From Clostridia bacterium (GTDB taxonomy: Bacteria > Bacillota > Clostridia > TANB77 > CAG-465), in assembly GCA_051886195.1 (NCBI GenBank), contig JBJEXW010000011.1, positions 1-60,150 on the forward strand: DNA of 60,150 nucleotides, in the 5' to 3' direction. A program made the position numbers and the translations under genes. Below the pieces are notes generated by a model that saw nothing but the letters and a program-made list of their open reading frames with translations, was not told where the DNA came from and made no database searches. Within the stretch, counting starts at the first letter, position 1. Every line of letters begins with the position of its first letter. Positions 31,239 through 39,567 of this stretch are shown here, one piece after another.

Positions 31239-32303
31239 TTATACTTCGATAGTCCATCCGAAAGAATCTTCAATTTTTCCTGTTTGAATTCCTGTTATTG
31301 TATCATATACTTTCTGGCTAACCTCTCCTATTCTTCCTCCATTTATTTCAAATACCTTTTCTCCAAATTTTAAATTCCCTACAGGAGAAATTACAGCTGC
31401 AGTTCCCGATCCAAATACTTCTTCAAGTCTTCCATTATTCGCAGCATCATATAGCTCATCAACAGATATTTTTCTTTCTTCAACATCATATCCCCATGAC
31501 TTACATAGTTCAATTACTGACGCTCTTGTTACTCCTGGAAGAATACTTCCATTTAACATTGGAGTTACTATTTTTCCATCTATCTTAAAAAATATATTCA
31601 TTGCTCCAACTTCTTCTATGTATTTATGCTCAATTCCATCAAGCCATAAAACTTGAGAATACCCTGCTTCATGAGCTTTTTCTTGAGAAAGCATTGATGC
31701 TGCATAATTTCCACCTGTTTTTGCTTCTCCAATTCCTCCTCTTACTGCTCTGACATATTCATCTTCTATCCATATTTTTACAGGATTTAAGCCTTCCTTA
31801 TAATATGCTCCAACAGGAGAAAGAATAATAATAAACTTATATTCTGAAGAAGGCTTAACATTAAGAGATGGTTCTGTAGCAATTACAAAAGGTCTAATAT
31901 ATAATGATGAACCTTTCTTTTTAGGAATCCATTCTTCATCTAGCCTTACAAGTTCTTCTATAGCCTGTAAAAAATCTTCTTCTGGAATTTCTGGCATACA
32001 TATTCTTCTATTTGAATTATTTGCCCTTTCAATATTTTTCATTGGTCTAAATAGTAATGTTCTATTATCATCAGTTTTATACGCCTTCATTCCTTCAAAC
32101 ATTGATTGTCCATAATGAAACACTAAGGCTGATGGATCTAAGACTATTGGTTGATATTCAATAATTCTTGGGTTATTCCATCCCTTTTTACTATTATAGT
32201 CCATAATAAACATATGATCTGTAAATACACTACCAAATTCTATTTCTTCATTTTCATTTGGTTTATTCTTTGGATTTTTTGTTTTTTCAATTCTAATATT
32301 CAT
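31239..32303 (-). CDS. ilvE: Branched-chain amino acid aminotransferase
   Basis: FTDHM, HYGQ.MFEGMKAY, LYIRPF, AKTGGNYA, EEVGAMN, ILPGVTR, GTAAVISP. Confidence 0.96.
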   Translation of the reverse strand: MNIRIEKTKNPKNKPNENEEIEFGSVFTDHMFIMDYNSKKGWNNPRIIEYQPIVLDPSALVFHYGQSMFEGMKAYKTDDNRTLLFRPMKNIERANNSNRRICMPEIPEEDFLQAIEELVRLDEEWIPKKKGSSLYIRPFVIATEPSLNVKPSSEYKFIIILSPVGAYYKEGLNPVKIWIEDEYVRAVRGGIGEAKTGGNYAASMLSQEKAHEAGYSQVLWLDGIEHKYIEEVGAMNIFFKIDGKIVTPMLNGSILPGVTRASVIELCKSWGYDVEERKISVDELYDAANNGRLEEVFGSGTAAVISPVGNLKFGEKVFEINGGRIGEVSQKVYDTITGIQTGKIEDSFGWTIEV

Positions 32304-32322
32304 AATTTTCTACCTCCTAATA

Positions 32323-33969
32323 TTATATTCTATTTATAGCGCTAATTATTCCTTTAAAACTAGATTTCATAGTATTTTTATCTTTTCCAACAGCCCAAAT
32401 ACTTCTGTTTTCATTAGATAAATTAATATACGTTATTGCTTGAGATTTCTCTTCATTATCATTTAAAGAAGCTTGATAGTAATTATTTAATGTAAATTTA
32501 TATCCCATATTCTTAAATATGTTAATTATCCCATCAATCGGTCCATTACCTTTTCCATTAAACTTTTCTATCTTTCCATCTATATCCAATGTCACAGTTA
32601 TTTTTGTATCTTCTTCATTTGAAATATTATAGTCTATTAGTTTAATATGATTATCCTTATTTTCATATTCTTCTATAAAAGCTTCATATATTTCTATACT
32701 ATTTAGCTCTCTTTTTTTATTATCAGAAATGTTTTTTATATAATATCCAATTTCTTTTCTCATTTCCTTTGGAATATTATACCCATATTCATTTTCAAGT
32801 ATAAATGAAACTCCTCCTTTTCCGGATTGACTATTAATTCTAATTATTGGTTCATATTGTCTATTTACGTCTGCAGGATTTAATGGCAAATATGGAACTT
32901 CCCAATAATCTTTTTCTTCTTCTTCAATTTGTTTTAGCCCTTTAGAAATTGCATCTTGATGAGATCCAGAAAAAGCTGTAAAAACTAGTTCTCCTGCATA
33001 AGGATGTCTTGGTCCAACTTGCATTTTTGTACATTCTTCATAAATCTTTTTTGTATCATTAATATGAGAAAAATCTATTTTAGGATCAACACCTAATACA
33101 TACATATTCATAGCAATATTTAATATATCTGCATTTCCTGTTCTTTCTCCATTTCCAAATAAAGCTCCTTCTATTCTATCTGCTCCTGCAAGTAAAGACA
33201 TTTCTGATGTAGCTACACCTGTTCCTCTATCATTATGTGAATGAATACTAATTATTACATTATCTCTATCACTAATATTTTCTATAACATAAGCTATTTG
33301 ATCTGCAAAAACATTTGGCATTGAGCATTCAACAGTAGCAGGGAAATTTATTATAGGTTTATTATTTGTTTTATCATTCCAAATATTTAATACACTATTT
33401 ACAACTTCAATCGCATAATCCACCTCTGTTGTACTAAAGCTCTCTGGTGAATACTCAAATGTCCAATTTGTTTGTGGATATCTCTCAGCATAATCCACCA
33501 TAAGTTTTGCACCAGATTCTGCTATATTTTTTACTTCTTCTTTTGATTTATTAAAGACAACTTCCCTTTGAATCTTTGAGGTTGAATTATATAAATGTAC
33601 AACTGCATTTTTTGCTCCTTTTAATGCTTCAAAAGTCTTAGAAATAATTTCTTCTCTTGACTGAGTTAAAACTTGAATTTTTACATCATCTGGTATTTTA
33701 TTATTTTCAATTAAATATCTAGTAAATTGATATTCTGTATCTGATGCTGCTGGAAATCCAATTTCTATCTCTTTAAAACCAATTTTGACTAAATGTTCAA
33801 AAAACTTAACTTTCTCTTCTAATGTCATTGGATTTGCAAGTGCTTGATTTCCATCTCTTAAATCTACGCTACACCATATTGGAGCATGACTTATCTCATT
33901 GTCCATCCATATTCTATTCTTAGGCTTTTTCCAATCATATAATTTTTTATATCTATTAAAGTTTTTCAT
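32323..33969 (-). CDS. leuA: 2-isopropylmalate synthase
   Basis: WCSVDLRDGNQAL, EIEIGFP, EYSPESF, HSHNDRG, GERTGN, AFSGSHQDAI, IRINSQSGKGG. Confidence 0.96.
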   Translation of the reverse strand: MKNFNRYKKLYDWKKPKNRIWMDNEISHAPIWCSVDLRDGNQALANPMTLEEKVKFFEHLVKIGFKEIEIGFPAASDTEYQFTRYLIENNKIPDDVKIQVLTQSREEIISKTFEALKGAKNAVVHLYNSTSKIQREVVFNKSKEEVKNIAESGAKLMVDYAERYPQTNWTFEYSPESFSTTEVDYAIEVVNSVLNIWNDKTNNKPIINFPATVECSMPNVFADQIAYVIENISDRDNVIISIHSHNDRGTGVATSEMSLLAGADRIEGALFGNGERTGNADILNIAMNMYVLGVDPKIDFSHINDTKKIYEECTKMQVGPRHPYAGELVFTAFSGSHQDAISKGLKQIEEEEKDYWEVPYLPLNPADVNRQYEPIIRINSQSGKGGVSFILENEYGYNIPKEMRKEIGYYIKNISDNKKRELNSIEIYEAFIEEYENKDNHIKLIDYNISNEEDTKITVTLDIDGKIEKFNGKGNGPIDGIINIFKNMGYKFTLNNYYQASLNDNEEKSQAITYINLSNENRSIWAVGKDKNTMKSSFKGIISAINRI

Positions 33970-34042
33970 AATATTTCTTCCCTTCTTTATTTAATATATC
34001 TTTTTCAATAATATAATTTAAACAGAGTCGTTTAAGATACAT
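33956..34042 (-). CDS. Possible 28-aa uORF overlapping the leuA start
   Basis: AAGGGGG SD then ATG; MYLKRLCLNYIIEKDILNKEGKKYYEKL*. Confidence 0.3.
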   Translation of the reverse strand: MYLKRLCLNYIIEKDILNKEGKKYYEKL

Positions 34043-34064
34043 TTTCAATTCCCCCTTTTTATAT

Positions 34065-34113
34065 AACAAAAGAGCACCTCTATTAATTGTATAAAACAAT
34101 ATAGAGATGCTCT
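34065..34113 (-). terminator. Attenuator terminator (3:4 hairpin) upstream of leuA
   Basis: Minus strand AGAGCATCTCTAT...ATAGAGGTGCTCT followed by TTTGTT. Confidence 0.85.
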
Positions 34114-34190
34114 AATTCGTTCATATTTAGTTATATTTTAATTTTTTTAGAATTTTGGTATAACTTTTATTATTTAAATATATATTTAAT

Positions 34191-34280
34191 TTAAACACGA
34201 AAAACGCTCTCTATATTATTTGATAATAATAAGAGAGTAATCAGTGCTAATATAGAATTAGTTACTGCTACGTTTATCAT
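34191..34280 (-). CDS. leu/ilv attenuator leader peptide (29 aa)
   Basis: AAGGAGG SD; MINVAVTNSILALITLLLLSNNIESVFRV*; four tandem Leu codons. Confidence 0.8.
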   Translation of the reverse strand: MINVAVTNSILALITLLLLSNNIESVFRV

Positions 34281-34443
34281 GTTTAAATCCTCCTTTCAAA
34301 ATTTTATTTTTTTGATTATAACATGAATAATTTTTATTGTCAAATTCTATTTAAGGCTCTTCTTGAATTTATGTAAACATTATGATATAATATATACAAT
34401 TATTATATATTTTTAATACTAATAAAATTTTGGAGGTGATTAT

Positions 34444-34620
34444 ATGTCTAAAAAGAAAAAAACTAAGAATTCAATTTCTATGCTTGATGTTATGAAGAGT
34501 GTACGTTCACCTTTTGCAACATGTAAAATGACAGGTGCAGGTGCACACAAATCTAAAAAAGATTTCAATCGTCAAGCACAAAAGCAACAAGATAAAAAAT
34601 TATTTGAACAGTATAAGTAG
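34444..34620 (+). CDS. Small basic protein (58 aa) absent from the ORF track
   Basis: GGAGGTG SD, upstream TGATATAAT extended -10, terminator hairpin over the stop; MSKKKKTKNS...RSPFATCKMTGAGAHKSKKDFNRQ... Confidence 0.75.
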   Translation: MSKKKKTKNSISMLDVMKSVRSPFATCKMTGAGAHKSKKDFNRQAQKQQDKKLFEQYK

Positions 34621-34681
34621 CTTTATAACTATATAGCTACTTTTTTTATGCAAAAAAATGAAGGAAATTTCATTCCTTCAT

Positions 34682-35362
34682 TTATTCTGCTATCCATAAA
34701 CAATATAATGTCTCACTTATTTCTACGTCTTCAGGAGTAAATATATTTTGTATAACATCACTTGTTGAAGCTCTTTCTTTATGAAGTAAGCCACACATTT
34801 CTTTTTCACCCAATAAGTCTGAATCTGATAAACGACTATTAGATATTACTCTTTCTTCAAATGGTCTAAAATCCACCTTTACACAATCTTTTAATTTTTT
34901 TCCTGCAGCTGCTGCAATAATTTCTGCTTTTTCTTTTGCTTTATTATATGCCTCAGCCATTACTTCTTTTTTAGCATCTTCTTTTTCTTTAACGTTAAAA
35001 GTCATATTATATTTAGGTGGGCTTTTAAGTTCTGATACTTTTTCCATAAACTCAGCTATTAATTCCATTTTATAATCTAGTTTTAATGTTGCATTTTGGT
35101 TATAATCAAAACCATTATCTACATTCTTTTTTGTTTGAAAATCATATCTTATATTATGTGATATTCTAAAATTTCTAGTTTTAAGTTCATCTTTATTAAT
35201 GTTTAATGAATTCAATACTTTTTCAATAAAAATTTCAACGTTTTTACTTCCTTTCTCTAAAGCTTCCTCATAAGTTTTTTCATTATCATAAAAATTAATA
35301 CTTATTATAACTTCAGTTGGTTTGTAAAATTTCTTTCCTTCACCTTGTACAATTATATCCAT
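34682..35362 (-). CDS. SIMPL (DUF541) domain protein
   Basis: IIVQGEG start, AYNKAKEKAEIIAAAAG, FTPEDVEI. Confidence 0.8.
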   Translation of the reverse strand: MDIIVQGEGKKFYKPTEVIISINFYDNEKTYEEALEKGSKNVEIFIEKVLNSLNINKDELKTRNFRISHNIRYDFQTKKNVDNGFDYNQNATLKLDYKMELIAEFMEKVSELKSPPKYNMTFNVKEKEDAKKEVMAEAYNKAKEKAEIIAAAAGKKLKDCVKVDFRPFEERVISNSRLSDSDLLGEKEMCGLLHKERASTSDVIQNIFTPEDVEISETLYCLWIAE

Positions 35363-35466
35363 ATTAACCCCCTCCTATTTATGATTATATCATAGTTACA
35401 TTCTTCATACAACATAAAAAAAATGAAGGTAATTTTCTTACCTTCATTTTTTTATTTAAGCTCCAA

Positions 35467-38400
35467 TTAGTTTTTTCTTAATTTTTTAACAGTAACTGTA
35501 ATTGCAGCTACAGATACCATTGCAATTATAGCATATAGAGCTACTGCAATATCTCCTGTTGGAACATTTGTAAAGTCAACTACATATGTTTTACCATCTT
35601 CAGTAATTGTTACTTCATATACTAAATCAGATTTATCATATCCTTCAGCAGCTTCAATTTCTTCAACATAGTATTTTCCATATCTTAGACCAGCTACTAG
35701 TAATTGACCATTATCATCTGTTCTTGCTTCTGCAACAACTTCACCAGCTTCGTTAGTTATTCTGAATAAACATTCTGGAACAACTTCACCAGTTTCATCA
35801 TCTGTTTTATTAATTAATATTTTTCCTCTTATGAATTTAACTTTAACGATTTCAACAACTTCAATTTCCATTGTATCTTCTACAATTTCTCCGTCTTCAT
35901 CTTCATATTCAATTTCAATTTCATAAGGTAATACTTCTGTATCAGTTTCTAGATAGAATTCCTTTGCTTCAGGAACAACATACATATCTGCTAGACCAGC
36001 AATTTGTCTAATATATCTTCCTGCTCTTATTCCATCAAACATTGCTACTCCGTATTCATCAGTTTCTACTTCGTAAGCAACATCTTTAGTTTCAGGATCA
36101 ACTAATTGAACTTTAACATTTTCAAGTTTATTTCCATCTTCATCAACAACAGCCATTGAAACATAAACAATAGTACGTGCATCTTGTAATACTAGTTCTG
36201 TTTCTTTCTCAGTTGTATCTAATGAGAATCTGTATAATTTAGTATCTAAATCATAATATCTTGGTGCTTTAATTTCTTTTACAGCATAACTTCCAAATGG
36301 AAGACCTTCAATTACAATTTCACCATTTTCATCTGTTGTACGAACAACATTTACAAATTCTTCTCCTACTTTTTCAAGTAATGGATAATATTTTCCATCT
36401 TCATCTAAATAGTATACTTCATATTCAGCATTTGGAAGTCTTGTAACATCTGTTGTTTCTTCAACATCTGCTAAAATTCCTTCAAGAATTCCTTCTGCGA
36501 ATTCGCCTATTTTAGATAGCATGCGTTCTAATCCTGATTCATCATCATCTATTATAACTTCTTCAATTTTTGTAAGAGTAAATTTAGTTTCTTTCTTAGC
36601 TTTGTTTACTATTTCTCCAACATCTACTGTAAATCTTTCAGAAGTATTATCTGTTGGTTTAGTTTCAAATGCATATTTTTCATCTGATAATTCATAGTTT
36701 TCATTTGTTGCAATTTCTTTTGCATAGAATTTGCCCATTGGATATTCAGAAGCAAATATTCCATTTCCATCATCATCAAATATTACAACATCAACTAATG
36801 TATCTTTTGGAATTACAACAGTTCCTTTAACATTTTTAATGTCTTCAGCTGCATATATTCCAACAACTATATCTTCATATGGTTCATCATTTTCATTTTC
36901 TGAAGCTGGTTCAACATGAGATGGTCTATAGAAGTTTAGTCCTTCAAATACTTTAGATACTTCTAAATCATAATCTTGTCTTGTTAGAGTATATCTTTCT
37001 GTTGGAAGGTTAAATTCTTCAACTCTTTGTCCTTGATATTCAACATCTATTGTTCTGTCAGCTTGATCTAATACATATCCTTCTGGTACAGAAACTAACT
37101 TGATAGTATATGAACCAATATATAATTTAGTTGTTAATAATCCTGATGCATCTGTTGTACCAGTATATACTTCTTGTCCCTTTTTAAAGTGAACAACTCC
37201 GTCACCAGTTACAATATCTTCATTTGCAATTACTTGGTATTTTGCTCCTGGTATTGGTTGAGATGCATAAGCTGGACGTTTAACATTATTTTGACCATAA
37301 GCTTCTTGAGTATTTGTTCCTGTTAAAACATTACCTGTTACACTTATAGTTAAGTTTGCTTTTTGAGCTTTGTTTGAAGTTTCAACTACAACCATTTGAT
37401 TTCTATCATAATCTTCTGTTGTGTTTGGTTCAACTGTAAATGTTGCTATTGGTTGACCAGTAACAAGAGATTGGTTGTAATATCCTTCTGGAGCATTTAC
37501 TTCATATACTCTATATGTATCAGCTGGTAATTTTTCTGGTAATACAACATAACCATATATTGCATCTTTATCTGCTGTTACAAATTCGTCTAGAACTTGC
37601 TCTTTTGGATACATAGTTTTTTGAGAAACCACTTCTCCTTTTGAGTTAACTACTTTATATGTAGTTTCAGAACCAGTTACTAATTTTCCTGATTCAACAT
37701 CTGTTTTTAAGATTTTTACATATCTTTGTGCAACTTCAGTATTAACAATTTTAGAATATATATATGTTTCTTCAGAATTTATAAATATTCCCATTGGATC
37801 CATAAGATCTAATTTTTCACTACCTTCAACTTGTGGTCTCTTAGTTTCAGTACATGTATAATGACCATAAGGTATTTTTGTAAATTCTGCATATCCATTT
37901 TCATCTACTATTGTTACATATTTTTGAGCAGGATCACTATCTAATGTTAATGTAATTTCAGAACCAACTGAAGGTACTTTTGTTGTACTTCCACTTAAAT
38001 CTGGGCTATTTGAAACGATCATTCTAAATCCACCATAAATTACATCTTCACCTGAAGTAACTGTTACTACTCTTTGACCATTTGCTTCAACTTGAGCAGA
38101 TGCTGCAGCTGCAGTAACTGTTGCAGTATTTATTTTACATCCTTCAGATGCACTTATTTCTTTTACATAATAATCTTTATATTCAAGTGGATTTGTTATT
38201 GCTTGACCATTAGCATCAGTAGTTAATTCTTCAACTAATTGTGTGCAACCAGCATCTGAATATACGCCATATCTTGCTCCTTTAACACTAGCATCACCAG
38301 TATTAGAATTTTGTGCACTACCATTTAATGTTTTTACAACTTTAACTCTTAAAGCATTTGTATAGAAACTTACATAGTATGCATTATTATTATATGATGC

Positions 38401-39336
38401 TCCTGTCAAATATGTAAAGCTATTAGTTCCATCTTTTAAGCTTGCAATTCCAGCAACATATCTACCACCATTTATTGATTTAGTAACTTTAACTGTTGCA
38501 GGATTGCTTGCAGATCCAACTTGTTCAGTAGAATAGAAAGTAATTTGATTTCCATTTTTACTATAGCTTATTCCTGAACCTGGTTGAACAGCTAAATTAA
38601 CTAGAGCCATTGTATCTAGGCTATTATTGTCATACATTGTTACTTCATATCTCTGATTTGTTTCGCTCCATCCCATTTCTATAGGATTTGCTACTGCTTC
38701 AGCTTCTGTATTATACATATATGAAGGTTTTAATAATGATTGTTCTACAGAATTTCTGATATATGTATATCTATCATATTCTGTTCCACTTAAAGTAGCT
38801 TTTGCAGCATCTTCTTGTGCTGTTCCTAAAGCATTGTTATTTGCTAACCAAATATATACTTGTGTAGCATGTGAATAAGCTTTAGTATAATAATCTAATG
38901 CAGCTTGATTATCTAATTGCATTGGACTTAGATAGTTCAAACCAAATGCAAGACCAAGACCAACTCTTACATTAGAACTTGTTCCAGCATATTCAAATTC
39001 AGCATCTTGTGTTGCAACTGTTCCTGGATTTAAGCTGTAACCTTTCATGCTTAAACCAGCACTTCTAACCTTTAAAGTATAGGCTTGTACTGGATTCATA
39101 GGTACTCCAAGTATAGTTGTATTATATTCAGTATTAAATGATGTTACTGTTTTATCTACAACTACTGTTGAAGGCTCATCTCCATCAACTATTGCAGAAA
39201 GCTGTGATTGAATAATAGTGCTTAATTTTATTTGTCCGTTATTAGGCATTGTAACTGCTTGCACATTAGCGCTTACTACTGATATTGCAACTAAAAGTAC
39301 AAAAGCAAATACATATTTAAGCTTACTTATTTTCAT
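35467..39336 (-). CDS. Large surface protein with SpaA/prealbumin-like repeats, TED-like N-terminus and sortase-like C-terminus
   Basis: Signal peptide; repeated TD.NG...L..G.Y...E..AP.GY units; C-terminal VPTGD + TM + KKLRKN. Confidence 0.85.
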   Translation of the reverse strand: MKISKLKYVFAFVLLVAISVVSANVQAVTMPNNGQIKLSTIIQSQLSAIVDGDEPSTVVVDKTVTSFNTEYNTTILGVPMNPVQAYTLKVRSAGLSMKGYSLNPGTVATQDAEFEYAGTSSNVRVGLGLAFGLNYLSPMQLDNQAALDYYTKAYSHATQVYIWLANNNALGTAQEDAAKATLSGTEYDRYTYIRNSVEQSLLKPSYMYNTEAEAVANPIEMGWSETNQRYEVTMYDNNSLDTMALVNLAVQPGSGISYSKNGNQITFYSTEQVGSASNPATVKVTKSINGGRYVAGIASLKDGTNSFTYLTGASYNNNAYYVSFYTNALRVKVVKTLNGSAQNSNTGDASVKGARYGVYSDAGCTQLVEELTTDANGQAITNPLEYKDYYVKEISASEGCKINTATVTAAAASAQVEANGQRVVTVTSGEDVIYGGFRMIVSNSPDLSGSTTKVPSVGSEITLTLDSDPAQKYVTIVDENGYAEFTKIPYGHYTCTETKRPQVEGSEKLDLMDPMGIFINSEETYIYSKIVNTEVAQRYVKILKTDVESGKLVTGSETTYKVVNSKGEVVSQKTMYPKEQVLDEFVTADKDAIYGYVVLPEKLPADTYRVYEVNAPEGYYNQSLVTGQPIATFTVEPNTTEDYDRNQMVVVETSNKAQKANLTISVTGNVLTGTNTQEAYGQNNVKRPAYASQPIPGAKYQVIANEDIVTGDGVVHFKKGQEVYTGTTDASGLLTTKLYIGSYTIKLVSVPEGYVLDQADRTIDVEYQGQRVEEFNLPTERYTLTRQDYDLEVSKVFEGLNFYRPSHVEPASENENDEPYEDIVVGIYAAEDIKNVKGTVVIPKDTLVDVVIFDDDGNGIFASEYPMGKFYAKEIATNENYELSDEKYAFETKPTDNTSERFTVDVGEIVNKAKKETKFTLTKIEEVIIDDDESGLERMLSKIGEFAEGILEGILADVEETTDVTRLPNAEYEVYYLDEDGKYYPLLEKVGEEFVNVVRTTDENGEIVIEGLPFGSYAVKEIKAPRYYDLDTKLYRFSLDTTEKETELVLQDARTIVYVSMAVVDEDGNKLENVKVQLVDPETKDVAYEVETDEYGVAMFDGIRAGRYIRQIAGLADMYVVPEAKEFYLETDTEVLPYEIEIEYEDEDGEIVEDTMEIEVVEIVKVKFIRGKILINKTDDETGEVVPECLFRITNEAGEVVAEARTDDNGQLLVAGLRYGKYYVEEIEAAEGYDKSDLVYEVTITEDGKTYVVDFTNVPTGDIAVALYAIIAMVSVAAITVTVKKLRKN

Positions 39337-39567
39337 ATATCCTCTCCCTTTCTTTTTTTTATTTTTCTAACAAAAAATAAACTCTATTTATTTCTTGATA
39401 CTAAAATCATATCATTAAGATTTTCTATTTTCAACCACATATTTTTAAAATTTACCTTTTTAAAACAATTTATTACATTTTATTACAAATTAATTTCATC
39501 AATATTTCACGTATAATATAACAAAGAAAATATCCCCATTTCTGGGAATATTTTCAAATTGTTTATT

